This document shows positions 19,668 through 30,052 of a stretch of 64,000 nt of DNA, in pieces. How positions within the stretch are numbered: the first letter of the stretch is position 1; each line of letters begins with the position of its first letter. Source of the DNA: Candidatus Bathyarchaeia archaeon (lineage in GTDB: Archaea; Thermoproteota; Bathyarchaeia; 40CM-2-53-6); assembly GCA_050013255.1 (NCBI GenBank), contig JBEKFP010000001.1, forward strand, positions 416,001 to 480,000. Reading direction: 5' to 3'. The notes beneath the pieces were generated by a model, which was not told the origin of the DNA, did not search any database, and worked only from the letters and a program-made list of their open reading frames with translations. The translations under genes were made by a program, and so were the position numbers.

Positions 19668-21008
19668 ATGAGTGCACTCGAAGGCCTAGGCAAGTCGCTT
19701 AGCGACGCAATGAAAAAGCTGCTGCGAATGGCGGTTGTTGATGAAAAAGCAGTCAAGGAACTTGTCCGCGACCTTCAACGGGCCCTCCTTCAATCCGACG
19801 TTAACGTTAACCTAGTTATGCAGATTTCTCAGGCAGTCGAGAAGCGGTCACTCGAAGAAAAGCTGCCGCCTGGAATCTCCCGCCGCGAACACGTCGTTAA
19901 AGTTCTCTATGAGGAACTGACCCGATTCCTCGGTGAGGAACCGAGCAAACTCACTGTCGAACCTGGCACAACACAAGTTATCATGCTCGTTGGAATTCAG
20001 GGCACGGGGAAAACAACAGCCGCAGTGAAACTTTCACGCTTCTATCAAAAGCGCGGTCTGCGGCCTGCGATAATCTGCGCCGACACCTACCGGCCAGGCG
20101 CCTTCGACCAGTTGAAGCAACTTGCTGACAAAATTAGCGTACCCGTTTACGGTGAACCGAATTCTAGGGATACATTGAAAATAGTGAAAAAGGGCATGGA
20201 GCAATTCTCAAACCAAAAGTACAACCTGATCATCGTGGACACGGCAGGGCGTCACAAGGATGAAACAGAACTGATGTCCGAGATGCGTGACCTAGCCAAG
20301 CAGGTTCAGCCCAACGAAATAATCCTCGCGATCGACGCCTCAATCGGCCAAGCAGCAATGTCCCAGGCGGCCGCGTTCAATGAGAGCACAAAGATCGGTT
20401 CAATTCTAGTAACAAAACTTGACGGAACGGCCAAGGGAGGAGGCGCACTCTCAGCCGTTGCCGCAACCCACGCCAAGATCAAATTTGTAGGGACGGGAGA
20501 GAAGATCGATGACATTGAGCAGTTCATCCCCTCGAGTTTTGTGGGACGCCTCCTCGGAATGGGCGACATCAAAGCATTGGTCGACAGGGTTCGTGACGCA
20601 GAAATCGTCGTACCGCAGAAGAAAGCAAGGGCCTTCCTGGAGGGTAAGTTCACGTTGAAGGACATGTACGAGCAAATGGTCGCCGTTCGAAAAATGGGCC
20701 CCCTGAAGAAACTGGTTGGTATGATGCCTGGCGGAATGAACATACCCGACGACGCTATGGAGAACGCTGAGAAGAAACTGGACGCTTGGCGGGTTATCAT
20801 CCAATCTATGACGCGGGATGAGATTGAGGACCCGAAACTCGTCGATTCCTCACGGGCGAGGAGAATCGCACATGGCTCAGGTACATCCGACAAGGACGTG
20901 AAAGAAATGGTGAATCAATACTTCATGATGAAGAAGATGATGAAGAGCATGAAACGGCGCGGCGCCGCTTTCGGAAGGGGAAAAATGCCCTTCCCAACAC
21001 GGCCTTGA
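19668..21008 (+). CDS. srp54: Signal recognition particle 54 kDa protein
   Basis: GIQGTGKTT, DTAGRH, TKLDGTAKGGG, Met-rich M domain. Confidence 0.97.
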   Translation: MSALEGLGKSLSDAMKKLLRMAVVDEKAVKELVRDLQRALLQSDVNVNLVMQISQAVEKRSLEEKLPPGISRREHVVKVLYEELTRFLGEEPSKLTVEPGTTQVIMLVGIQGTGKTTAAVKLSRFYQKRGLRPAIICADTYRPGAFDQLKQLADKISVPVYGEPNSRDTLKIVKKGMEQFSNQKYNLIIVDTAGRHKDETELMSEMRDLAKQVQPNEIILAIDASIGQAAMSQAAAFNESTKIGSILVTKLDGTAKGGGALSAVAATHAKIKFVGTGEKIDDIEQFIPSSFVGRLLGMGDIKALVDRVRDAEIVVPQKKARAFLEGKFTLKDMYEQMVAVRKMGPLKKLVGMMPGGMNIPDDAMENAEKKLDAWRVIIQSMTRDEIEDPKLVDSSRARRIAHGSGTSDKDVKEMVNQYFMMKKMMKSMKRRGAAFGRGKMPFPTRP

Positions 21009-21081
21009 AGGACGCGGAAAATATTCCAAGAAAGTTAATTAGCGTCCCTTTAGTCTGCTAGCAAATTTCAGGTCATGTCTC

Positions 21082-21375
21082 ATGGTAAGGCGCTCAAAGG
21101 GCTACCGCTCGAGGACGCGAAGCCTACTCCGGAAGAGACCTCGCGAGCGAGGAAAAATCGGCCTCAGCCGCATCCTCCGAACCTATCGCCCAGGCGAGAA
21201 AGTCACCATCATGATAGAACCCTCCGTACACAAGGGCATGCCCCACAGACGCTATCATGGAAGGGTTGGAGTAATTCATGCCAGACGCGGAAAGTCATAC
21301 GTGGTTCATATCACGATGGGTAGTCAGACGAAACAAATTATCGCCCGACCTGAACACATCACCCCCGTACGTTGA
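21082..21375 (+). CDS. rpl21e: 50S ribosomal protein L21e
   Basis: SKGYRSRTR, PSVHKGMPHRRYHG. Confidence 0.96.
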   Translation: MVRRSKGYRSRTRSLLRKRPRERGKIGLSRILRTYRPGEKVTIMIEPSVHKGMPHRRYHGRVGVIHARRGKSYVVHITMGSQTKQIIARPEHITPVR

Positions 21376-21720
21376 GTGAACCACTTGCCTAGGAAAATCA
21401 TCGATTCTAAGCCCGCCACTACCTCCGAAGCAAAAAGAACTTTGGAACGCGCGAAGGAAGATGAGCTAGGAGAATTTCAGAGGCGCACACTTGACTACGC
21501 ATCCAAGTTCGCCAGGATCTCACCCGCTAAAGCTGAGAAGCTTGTACGGGAATTGGGGGAGAAGCATCAACTCGAGCGGAAGGATGCAATTCAGATTGCC
21601 AACACAATGCCACGGTATATCGAAGAATTACGAACCATTCTTACGGTCAAAGGGCGAATAATCTCGGGTACTCAATTGGAAGATATTCTGAAACTTCTCA
21701 ACAACTATCGAGAAGATTAG
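21376..21720 (+). CDS. rpo4: RNA polymerase subunit Rpo4 (RpoF)
   Basis: QRRTLDYASKF, IANTMP..IEELRTIL; conserved synteny. Confidence 0.9.
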   Translation: MNHLPRKIIDSKPATTSEAKRTLERAKEDELGEFQRRTLDYASKFARISPAKAEKLVRELGEKHQLERKDAIQIANTMPRYIEELRTILTVKGRIISGTQLEDILKLLNNYRED

Positions 21721-21919
21721 CCCACAAGTAATTCTCTCTCTTGATTCCTGGGCATAAGGCAGGAAAACCTTTTTTCCCTCCGAACCCACACCTCCTACTG
21801 GATATGCTGAACTTTGCCTGATTCCGGCGATTCCACATTTACCGTGATTGAAAAGGCACAGAGGCCAAGCACCTACTTCCTTTAACGCGAAATCTGCACC
21901 TACTTCTGGTGGAACAAAG

Positions 21920-22576
21920 ATGAGTATGAATACAAAGAGTTCAGATGAGAATCGGGGCACCAGTTCAGCTTACTCAGGGTTTAGGCCAACTACTGGAGGC
22001 GGTGGGGAGGGTGGCGTTCCACCGCGACTTTACGAGGAGTACGCATACGTGCTGGATTTCTTGCAATTCGGCCGACCTGGAACGGACAAGCCTAGGCACC
22101 TTGCCCTTCCAACGGTGCAGGTTATCGGTGAAACATACTTCACACTCCTTGAGGCCGAAATACGCGTAGGAACACAGGCAAACCTTCACGAGCGCGTTTA
22201 CATTGGAAAAGAGCGGCGAGAGAAAATTAACCGTATCATCGGAAGAATCAGCTACAACGACCTCACTGCGAATGCGAAGGCAGAGTTGCTTCCGGTGCTA
22301 GAAGACCTGATCGCTAACCAAGAGCAGAGGTTTGTTTCCTTTTTCAATAATTCCCAAGCCATAACACCCCGTATGCATGCACTGGAGCTGCTTCCGGGAA
22401 TCGGGAAAAAATCGATGTGGCAAATAATAAACGCCAGGGAGAAAAAACCCTTCATCAGCTTCAAGGACGTTCACGAGCGAACGAATGTAGGGGACCCCGT
22501 CAAGGTCGTTGCTAAACGGATCTTGGACGAATTGGCCGGGGAAGAAAAGTACCGGGTTTTTTCGAGAGCGCTATAG
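21920..22576 (+). CDS. DUF655 nucleic-acid-binding protein
   Basis: EEYAYVLDFL, RMHALELLPGIGKK; synteny after rpo4. Confidence 0.9.
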   Translation: MSMNTKSSDENRGTSSAYSGFRPTTGGGGEGGVPPRLYEEYAYVLDFLQFGRPGTDKPRHLALPTVQVIGETYFTLLEAEIRVGTQANLHERVYIGKERREKINRIIGRISYNDLTANAKAELLPVLEDLIANQEQRFVSFFNNSQAITPRMHALELLPGIGKKSMWQIINAREKKPFISFKDVHERTNVGDPVKVVAKRILDELAGEEKYRVFSRAL

Positions 22577-22608
22577 ACACGACGTATGAATACTGCGAGA
22601 GAACTGGT

Positions 22609-23709
22609 TTGCCCAACAGGGTAATCATGCACGTAGACCTCGACTACTTCTACGCCCAGTGTGAAGAGAACAAGAACCCGCATGTGCGGGGAACCCCCGT
22701 GGTGGTTTGCGTTTACTCCGGCAGGACCGAGGATAGTGGAGTAGTCAGCACCTCCAATTACCTTGCCCGGAAATATGGGGTAAAGGCCGGCATACCCATC
22801 GCCCGAGCGAAGAAGCTTCTTGAATCCTCGGGCGCGATTTTCTTTCCAATGAACCGTCCTCTATACGAACAAGTATCCGAGGGGGTAATGAAAATCCTGC
22901 GGGAGCGCGGTGACGCATTTGAAAAAGTGGGAATTGATGAGGCTTATCTAGAAGTTTCAACTAGAACGAATGGCAAATTCGATCAGGCCGAAAACATAGC
23001 GAATGAAATTAAGCGACAGATAATCACTGAAGAACAGATAACTTGCTCAATTGGAATCGCACCCAACAAACTCGTGGCCAAGATTGCATCCGACGAGAGA
23101 AAACCCGATGGACTCACCATGGTGAAGCCGGAAGAAGTCCACAGTTTCTTGTCGGAATTGCCAGCCTCGAGGATACCTGGTGTCGGGAAGAAAGTAGAGG
23201 ACAAACTGGGCCAAATGCAGGTCAAGACGATAGCTCAACTTTCTACGATTAGTCCCCCGATCCTGGTTGAAACCTTCGGAAAAAACTTAGGAGGTTATCT
23301 TTTTCAGGCCGCCCGAGGAGAGGATGACGAACCGGTAAAGGAAAGGGAACAACCAACACAGCTAAGCCGGATCGCTACCTTGAAACGAAATACTCGAGAC
23401 CTACCAGAAATGCTGCCCCTGCTAAGCGAACTTGCAAATTCAACAACCGCCAAATTGAAAGAAAGAAGTATGACGTGCAAGTCGGTAGCAATCATAGCTA
23501 TACTGAACGACCTCTCTATTCACACCAAATCGAAAACATTGGAACAACCAACCGCAGATGAAAAAATCATTGTGAGCACTGCACAGGAACTGATGAAAGA
23601 ATTCTTGGAATCAATGCCCAGTGCTACGGTCCGAAGGACAGGAGTCAAAGTCTCCACATTGTCGAAGCCAACCGGGCAGACAGATATCTCCAATTTCCTG
23701 AAGGCGTAG
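22609..23709 (+). CDS. dinB: DNA polymerase IV (Y family)
   Basis: HVDLDYFYAQCE, GIDEAY, KPDG, C-terminal PIP-like QTDISNFL. Confidence 0.95.
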   Translation: MPNRVIMHVDLDYFYAQCEENKNPHVRGTPVVVCVYSGRTEDSGVVSTSNYLARKYGVKAGIPIARAKKLLESSGAIFFPMNRPLYEQVSEGVMKILRERGDAFEKVGIDEAYLEVSTRTNGKFDQAENIANEIKRQIITEEQITCSIGIAPNKLVAKIASDERKPDGLTMVKPEEVHSFLSELPASRIPGVGKKVEDKLGQMQVKTIAQLSTISPPILVETFGKNLGGYLFQAARGEDDEPVKEREQPTQLSRIATLKRNTRDLPEMLPLLSELANSTTAKLKERSMTCKSVAIIAILNDLSIHTKSKTLEQPTADEKIIVSTAQELMKEFLESMPSATVRRTGVKVSTLSKPTGQTDISNFLKA

Positions 23710-23754
23710 CTCCAAGGAAAGTCCACCAGTCATCGCACCGTTGAGGAATCTGCC

Positions 23755-24579
23755 GTGGCCTGGGTTCGACGTGAACTTGACTCGATAGGCATACCTCCAC
23801 TCAAGAGGTTCGGACAACATTTTCTAATCGACAAGGGGGTACGCGAGCGCCTAGTCGAGCTGGCTGAACTAACAACCAATGATACAGTCCTCGAGGTGGG
23901 CCCTGGTCTCGGTTTCTTGACGGCAGCGTTGATAAGCAGAGCAGGACGGACAATAGCGATCGAGAAAGATCGGACACTCGCTGCATATCTGAAAGAAAAA
24001 TTCTCAAACCAACAGAACTTGACAGTTGTTCAAGCTGACGCGCTAACCATCCAGATCCCAGAAGGCTCGAAGGTCGTTTCCAGTCCCCCCTACAACATTT
24101 CGTCAAAGCTCATACTTCTAATCATGAACAGTCGATTTCGACTGGCGGCACTATTGATGCAAGAGGAATTTGTCCGAAGGTTAACAGCCTCCAGTGGGTC
24201 TCGCGACTACGGACGGCTCAGCGTGATGCTACAATCCAAGGCCACAGCCAAACTTGACATGAAAGTCCCGCGTGAGGCATTCTACCCGAAACCGAGAGTT
24301 GACTCCGCCCTCGTTACAATTAGGCCCAGCATCGAAAAGCTTCAGGTACAGAATGAGCAGTTATTCATCGACATGGTACGAGCGCTGTTCACCCAACGCC
24401 GCCGAAAGCTGAGAGGAGTCTTGGCGAGATACCTGAAAGCCCAATACCCAACGCTAAGTGACACGATAATTCAACAAATACCGCTAATTGAAAAACGAAT
24501 CTACGAACTCAACCCAAACGAGTTAGTCGTATTGTCAAACCAGATCGCTGAGGCAACCACGGAATCTGGGCGTGAATGA
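23755..24579 (+). CDS. rsmA: 16S rRNA dimethyladenosine transferase
   Basis: GQHFL, LEVGPGLG, SPPYNIS, FYPKPRVDSA. Confidence 0.94.
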   Translation: MAWVRRELDSIGIPPLKRFGQHFLIDKGVRERLVELAELTTNDTVLEVGPGLGFLTAALISRAGRTIAIEKDRTLAAYLKEKFSNQQNLTVVQADALTIQIPEGSKVVSSPPYNISSKLILLIMNSRFRLAALLMQEEFVRRLTASSGSRDYGRLSVMLQSKATAKLDMKVPREAFYPKPRVDSALVTIRPSIEKLQVQNEQLFIDMVRALFTQRRRKLRGVLARYLKAQYPTLSDTIIQQIPLIEKRIYELNPNELVVLSNQIAEATTESGRE

Positions 24580-25276
24580 ATCGCCGATTAGAGTAATTCT
24601 CCTAGAACCAGAGACAGGGGGAAACATTGGCTCCGTAGCTCGATCGATGAAGAACTTCCAGCTCAACGATCTCTGGTTAGTCAACCCGCAGACACCCATC
24701 AATGACGAGGCAAGGGCATTTGCAATGGGCGGCCTCGATGTTCTCAAATTGGCTAAGGTCGTTAGCACCTTCAGAAAAGCGCTAAAGGGAGTGGACTTGG
24801 TTGTAGGAACCAGTTCTGTGGCCGCAACAAGCACATCCAACCTTTCCAGAATATCAATCAAACCAGTCGAACTCGCTAAGAAAGTTCAGGCAGTCAAAGG
24901 GACTACTGCAATCGTCTTCGGAAGAGAGAGCTCCGGATTAAGCAACCGAGAGGTAGAAGGATGCGACTTCATGGTTACAATACCTGCAAGCCGCGAATAC
25001 AACGTACTTAACATAGCCACCGCCGCCTCAATCATCTTCTACGAAATCTTCCACCAAAGAATAAGAAGACGAAACTTTGAGTTGGCCTCAAGACCTGCCA
25101 TGGGAAGGCTCCTCCGGCAATTTGACGGCCTACTGAAACGAAGTCACATGGCGCCACATAGGCGTAAACTCGCCCATCGAGCCTTTCGCAACCTGATCTC
25201 ACGCGCTTTTGTTTCAAAGCGCGAAGCGTCGCTCCTCCTTGGACTATTTAGGAAGCTACAAGCAGAGCTGACGTGA
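24572..25276 (+). CDS. trmJ: tRNA 2'-O-methyltransferase TrmJ/LasT family
   Basis: GNIGSVARSMKNF, VFGRESSGLSN, LNIATA (SPOUT). Confidence 0.9.
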   Translation: MNESPIRVILLEPETGGNIGSVARSMKNFQLNDLWLVNPQTPINDEARAFAMGGLDVLKLAKVVSTFRKALKGVDLVVGTSSVAATSTSNLSRISIKPVELAKKVQAVKGTTAIVFGRESSGLSNREVEGCDFMVTIPASREYNVLNIATAASIIFYEIFHQRIRRRNFELASRPAMGRLLRQFDGLLKRSHMAPHRRKLAHRAFRNLISRAFVSKREASLLLGLFRKLQAELT

Positions 25277-25306
25277 GCCATTGTGGAGAGCAGGCAGTGA
25301 TAGACC

Positions 25307-25891
25307 ATGAGAATTCTAGCTCTCGCTATTCTTTTGATAATTCTTGTCTGCGTGTCACCAACTGCAGCCACAGGATCTGGAACTGGGTCGGTAATAGTCC
25401 AAATTCAAGGATATGGAACAGTTCACGGCCAATTACAGAACGCACTCATACAGTCAAACAATAACGTCACGATGTCAATGGTGGTGAACGATCAACTCCA
25501 GACCCCTCAGGGCTCTTTCCCCCTCCAGGCGACCGGCGACTGGAACGGAGCTCTGAACAATTCAACGCTATCGGGTACAATCGATAACGTTCAAGGAAAA
25601 ATCCACGTCTGCGTAATTTCCTCATGCAACGACGTCGACTTTAGCGGCCACGGGACTTGGACGGGGCAACTTCAAACCGCCTCATCTGGAAGTGGAAACT
25701 ACACCGGAACAATAACTATCACGAACTCTCAGTATCCGCAGATTCCACTAGGTCAAACAATTCCCATTTATGGCTCATGGGCCTCGAACTTCGCATCTGT
25801 CGTCCCTGAGTTCAATTACCACATCATTCTACTGCTCCTTGCTACCCTAATGGCCGCAACTATCCTGACGCATAGAAGACGGAGAACGTAG
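25307..25891 (+). CDS. Secreted protein with PEF-CTERM-like sorting signal
   Basis: Signal peptide; VVPEF + TM helix + RRRRT; several N-X-S/T sequons. Confidence 0.75.
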   Translation: MRILALAILLIILVCVSPTAATGSGTGSVIVQIQGYGTVHGQLQNALIQSNNNVTMSMVVNDQLQTPQGSFPLQATGDWNGALNNSTLSGTIDNVQGKIHVCVISSCNDVDFSGHGTWTGQLQTASSGSGNYTGTITITNSQYPQIPLGQTIPIYGSWASNFASVVPEFNYHIILLLLATLMAATILTHRRRRT

Positions 25892-26040
25892 ACCTGCCTG
25901 CTCCGACAAGATTGTGTGCGAGAAAGCATCAATCATGGAGGGCGGGACATCAGGGACCGCAGTCAAGAGCTTCGAAACGAAGGCATGTAAGCTTAAGTAA
26001 CACTCGATGCAATCTCGCTAAAATCCCTGGTGGATTAGAC

Positions 26041-26565
26041 ATGAAGGGTAGAAACTACAGGCAAATCAAAGGCCAGCCCTACACTAGGGGAAAATATATT
26101 CACGGTACTCCGCCGCCGAAAATATCAAAGTTCATGATGGGAGACACGAAGGCACATTTCGAATATCGAATATCTTTGGTAGCACAAAGCCCAGAGCAGA
26201 TCAGACATAATGCACTCGAAGCAGCACGCGTTGCAGCAAACAAGGTGTTGTTCGACGCGTTGGGCGAAACAGGCTACAAGATTCATCTTCGAGTTTATCC
26301 CCACATTATCCTTCGAGAGAATCGAATGATCGCAACCGCAGGCGCCGACAGGCTACAAGAGGGAATGCGAAGGGCCTTCGGTAAACCGAGCGGAAGAGCC
26401 GCTAGGGTTAAGACAGGACAGTCAATCCTCGACATTTACGTTAACAGAAATGCGGTCGACGCTGCGAAGAAGGCAATGCGGGTCGGGTCTACAAAACTTG
26501 CGGTCGCTTGCATTGTGACCCAAGAAACCTTGGCACCGCCTGCCGTCTCTGTCTTGGCAAAATAA
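26041..26565 (+). CDS. rpl10e: 50S ribosomal protein L10e/uL16
   Basis: QIRHNALEAARVAAN, GADRLQEGMRRAFGKP. Confidence 0.96.
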   Translation: MKGRNYRQIKGQPYTRGKYIHGTPPPKISKFMMGDTKAHFEYRISLVAQSPEQIRHNALEAARVAANKVLFDALGETGYKIHLRVYPHIILRENRMIATAGADRLQEGMRRAFGKPSGRAARVKTGQSILDIYVNRNAVDAAKKAMRVGSTKLAVACIVTQETLAPPAVSVLAK

Positions 26566-26581
26566 GGTTCCTTAGCGATCC

Positions 26582-27313
26582 TTACTTTTGACCACAAACT
26601 AACGCGACCACACCTAAGGTCATCTTTTCAGAAAGTGTACGCTGAAACCCAGCATCGAGAAGTGCATCCGAGGTTTCATTCGCCGTTGAGGATTTCAATA
26701 TCGTATTTGCAAGATAGACTAGGGTACGCTTCCAATAGCCAGAAACAAGTCCACCAATAGCTGGAAGGACGTGAAATATGTGGAAGTTGTAGAGCCGCCA
26801 CACGGTAACCTCTTCTGGCCTAACGAAGTCGACTGAGAGAAACCAACCAGAGCGAAGTAAAACCCTCAGCGAGTCCCGCAACATGGCCAATTTATCAGCA
26901 AAATTGCGCAACGCCAAACCAATCGTTACATACCTGAAAGTTGCGTCGCGAAATGGAAGATATTCTCCTACGGCCCTTACAAAATCGACCTTACATTCAC
27001 CCTGAAATATTTGCTTTTTTCGGTTGGCTATGCTCAGCATCGCAGGGCTCAGATCTAGACCAACAATCAAACCACCATCCCTAATCGCACGACTTAGCTC
27101 GAAAGTGACAAGCCCTGTCCCGCAGGCCAAATCCAACACCATAACCTCTCCAGAGAAATCCATTTTTGCGAACATGCGCCTCCTCCAAACCCAGTCGAAT
27201 GAAAGAGTCATCAGGTGCAGCAGGACGTCGTACTCTCTCTCAACATCTGTGAAGATGGTCCTAACGAATCTTGCTTTGTCAAGGAATCTTGTTGGGATTT
27301 CCATCTGAGTCAT
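26582..27313 (-). CDS. UbiE/MenG-family methyltransferase
   Basis: VLDLACGTG, GLALRN, YD.L..LM. Confidence 0.85.
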   Translation of the reverse strand: MTQMEIPTRFLDKARFVRTIFTDVEREYDVLLHLMTLSFDWVWRRRMFAKMDFSGEVMVLDLACGTGLVTFELSRAIRDGGLIVGLDLSPAMLSIANRKKQIFQGECKVDFVRAVGEYLPFRDATFRYVTIGLALRNFADKLAMLRDSLRVLLRSGWFLSVDFVRPEEVTVWRLYNFHIFHVLPAIGGLVSGYWKRTLVYLANTILKSSTANETSDALLDAGFQRTLSEKMTLGVVALVCGQK

Positions 27314-27383
27314 ATGCTTGAGTGCCTCTCACGCAAAGGAACGGTTAAGTTCTGCAGTAAGCCTGCTACACCGATGTCTGACC

Positions 27384-28394
27384 ATGTACCAACTAGAAGA
27401 AGATAGCATAATAGATGAGATAAGAAGGCGCGGTTCGAAGAGAATTCTCCTCCAAATGCCTGAAGGCCTGAAACCAACCGGATTTCGACTGGCAAAACTA
27501 CTTGAGAAGGAAACGAAAGCCGAAGTATTCGTCTCAGGTGACCCTTGCTACGGTGCCTGCGACCTTGCGCTCTACCCGAAGAAGCACATCGACGCGGACT
27601 TACTCGTTCACCTTGGGCACGCGGAGATTCCGGGCGAATTCGCCGACGAGAACGTTTTGTATGTTGAAGCACGGGCGGATGTGCCAATACTAGAACCAAT
27701 GGTTCAGGCCTTGAAAATGTTAGAGAGGGAGCAAGTGATCGGACTCGCTTCAAACATCCAGCATATTCACCAGATCGATAAAGCCAAAGAAATTCTGGAA
27801 GGACACGGAAAGAAGGTACTCATTGGTCGGCCATCGGGCTGGCTAAAGTATCCGGGGCAGGTTCTCGGATGTGACTACGGTAGCGTAAGAGCAATTGCAG
27901 AAAAAGTTGACGCCGTCATCATCTTGAGCGGAGGAGATTTCCACGCCCTCGGAATTCCGCTGGCAACAGGCAAACGGACCATCGTCGTCGACCCATTTCA
28001 ACAAACAGCGAAAGACATGACCGAAGTCTGTCGAAAACTCCTCCGTAAGAGGTGGATGAATATTGAAAAATTCAAACAAGCCAAAAGGATCGGAATCATC
28101 GTTGGCCTGAAGAGTAGTCAAATGAATATTTCTCTTGCGCGTCGGCTCAAGGAGCTCTTGGAAGAGAGGGAGTATTCGAGTATCTTAATTTGCGCAACCG
28201 AGGTGATTCCTGAGACCCTAGGCTCCTTCACAGACTTAGACGCCTACGTCGAAATCTCATGCCCACGAATAAGCACCGACGACCAAGAACGTTATCGCAA
28301 ACCCATCCTTAATCCGGAAGAGGTCATGATAGCATTAGGTAAGAAGAGCTGGGAAGATTACACCAAAGGAATGACGTTGGAAGAATGGCATTAG
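27384..28394 (+). CDS. dph2: Diphthamide biosynthesis enzyme Dph2
   Basis: QMPEGLK, DPCYGACD, GQVLGC, SCPRI. Confidence 0.95.
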   Translation: MYQLEEDSIIDEIRRRGSKRILLQMPEGLKPTGFRLAKLLEKETKAEVFVSGDPCYGACDLALYPKKHIDADLLVHLGHAEIPGEFADENVLYVEARADVPILEPMVQALKMLEREQVIGLASNIQHIHQIDKAKEILEGHGKKVLIGRPSGWLKYPGQVLGCDYGSVRAIAEKVDAVIILSGGDFHALGIPLATGKRTIVVDPFQQTAKDMTEVCRKLLRKRWMNIEKFKQAKRIGIIVGLKSSQMNISLARRLKELLEEREYSSILICATEVIPETLGSFTDLDAYVEISCPRISTDDQERYRKPILNPEEVMIALGKKSWEDYTKGMTLEEWH

Positions 28395-28407
28395 ACTCGA
28401 CCCAGAG

Positions 28408-29046
28408 TTGAAGGCTATTATCTTGCACTCCCGACCGGTCCTGATTCGCAAGCGCGATCTAACGATCAAACTGCAGCAAGTAATGTCTCACCCTGAACCC
28501 CAAGTTGCCCTCGAGCAGTACACTATCTCAGCCGACCTAGCGGCAGACATCCTCTTCGAAGCATGCTACGTATACGATGACATCGAAAATAAATCGGTGG
28601 CAGACCTCGGCACAGGAACGGGGAGACTCGCCCTAGGCGCTTCAATGCTCGGTGCGGGATACGTAGTCGGAATCGACCTAGACTCCACCAGCCTTTTTGT
28701 CGCCTCGAGGAACGCCAAACTGCTGGAGGTACATCCAGATTGGGTATGCGGTGTCGTAGAAGGCCTAAGGGGAAAGGTTGATACAGTTCTAATGAACCCG
28801 CCATTTGGCACCAGGCAACCACACGCCGATATTCACTTTCTTCAAATCGCCCTAGCCTTGGGGACAACAGTCTACAGTATCCACAAGTCTTCCACTCGCG
28901 AATTTCTCACTCGCTGGTTACAGGGACGAGCAAACAAGACCGAAAGAATTCTGAGTACAAGAATGGAAATTCCACATCAGTTCTCCTTCCACACAAAGCG
29001 AAGCCGCAAAGTCGAAGTCGACGTATTCAGAATTCAGTCGAGTTAG
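28408..29046 (+). CDS. METTL5-family N6-adenine methyltransferase
   Basis: LEQYT, DLGTGTG, MNPPFG. Confidence 0.9.
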   Translation: MKAIILHSRPVLIRKRDLTIKLQQVMSHPEPQVALEQYTISADLAADILFEACYVYDDIENKSVADLGTGTGRLALGASMLGAGYVVGIDLDSTSLFVASRNAKLLEVHPDWVCGVVEGLRGKVDTVLMNPPFGTRQPHADIHFLQIALALGTTVYSIHKSSTREFLTRWLQGRANKTERILSTRMEIPHQFSFHTKRSRKVEVDVFRIQSS

Positions 29047-29183
29047 TTCGATTTGTGCCTGCCCTTATATACAGGGCTGCAATCTAACGCCCACAAATCT
29101 GCGCAACTGTTGGAGAAATATCTTCGAGAGTCACCGAATCGGCGAAGAAATCCAAGGCTTGATTACAACTCTGGTGGTAAGAA

Positions 29184-29756
29184 TTGAGTAAGGCACCACG
29201 TGAAATGGTTCAATCCGTCCTTCCCGGAGACAAATTAGGAGTTGTGGAACAATTCCTTCCTGGCGTTGGCACCTACGAAAAGGAAGGGGCGATTTACGCA
29301 AATTTTACCGGGAACGCTAATATTGACCTGAAGAACAAGCGCGTGACCGTGGTTCCAACCACGAGGGTACCCAAACTTCCCAAGGAAGGAGCCACAGTTC
29401 TTGCATCGGTGATACATGCACAGGAGAAGATGGCGACTGTGAATATCTGGAAGATAGATGACAAGTTGCTGCACAACCCATTCACTGCAATCCTTCACAT
29501 CTCCTCATCGAGCCCCCGATATGAGAGAAATATGTCTGATGTATGCAAGTCAGGTGATATACTCCGCGCAAGAGTCATCGATATGACTAACAGAATTCCA
29601 CAACTGACAACAGCGGGTCGCGGTCTGGGAGTCGTTAAGGCCTTCTGTTCCAAGTGTGGAGCCGTATTGGAGTTTAAGGACAGAAGACTCCAGTGTCCGT
29701 CATGCGGAAACCTTGAGAATAGGAGGCTCGCAGAAGATTACGAGCAAGCTGCGTAA
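29184..29756 (+). CDS. csl4: Exosome RNA-binding subunit Csl4
   Basis: VLPGD, S1 domain, LGVVKAFCSKCG...CPSCG. Confidence 0.93.
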   Translation: MSKAPREMVQSVLPGDKLGVVEQFLPGVGTYEKEGAIYANFTGNANIDLKNKRVTVVPTTRVPKLPKEGATVLASVIHAQEKMATVNIWKIDDKLLHNPFTAILHISSSSPRYERNMSDVCKSGDILRARVIDMTNRIPQLTTAGRGLGVVKAFCSKCGAVLEFKDRRLQCPSCGNLENRRLAEDYEQAA

Positions 29757-29764
29757 AGGTGCGA

Positions 29765-30052
29765 ATGATGGAAGTCAAGGTTCTATCAAAGTCGAAGAAC
29801 GACCTTAGGCTCGAAATAGTTGGCGAGGACCATACCTTCTGCAACCTACTTCAGAGCCTCTTACTTGAGGACAAGAACGTAGAGATTGCGGGTTACGACC
29901 AACCCCACCCGCTAATCAGATCAAGCATCGTCTACCTGAGAACAAAACGTGAAGCTTCACCCGAAAAGGTGCTTCTGAACGCCCTGGCTGGCATTCAGGA
30001 ACTTAACAAGGAGTTTAACGAGAAATTCGCCAAGGCCGTCGGACCTTCCTAA
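29765..30052 (+). CDS. rpo11: RNA polymerase subunit Rpo11 (RpoL)
   Basis: GEDHTFCNLL, AGYDQPHPL. Confidence 0.93.
   Translation: MMEVKVLSKSKNDLRLEIVGEDHTFCNLLQSLLLEDKNVEIAGYDQPHPLIRSSIVYLRTKREASPEKVLLNALAGIQELNKEFNEKFAKAVGPS

Noticed and set aside
20306-20893. Long antisense ORFs (e.g. 195 aa opposite srp54; also 54251-54787, 59900-60436)
   Set aside because: Shadow frames of well-conserved genes with no motifs
21008-21050. Inverted repeat GGACGC...GCGTCC between srp54 and rpl21e as a regulatory leader
   Set aside because: Short stem that spans the probable promoter; insufficient evidence
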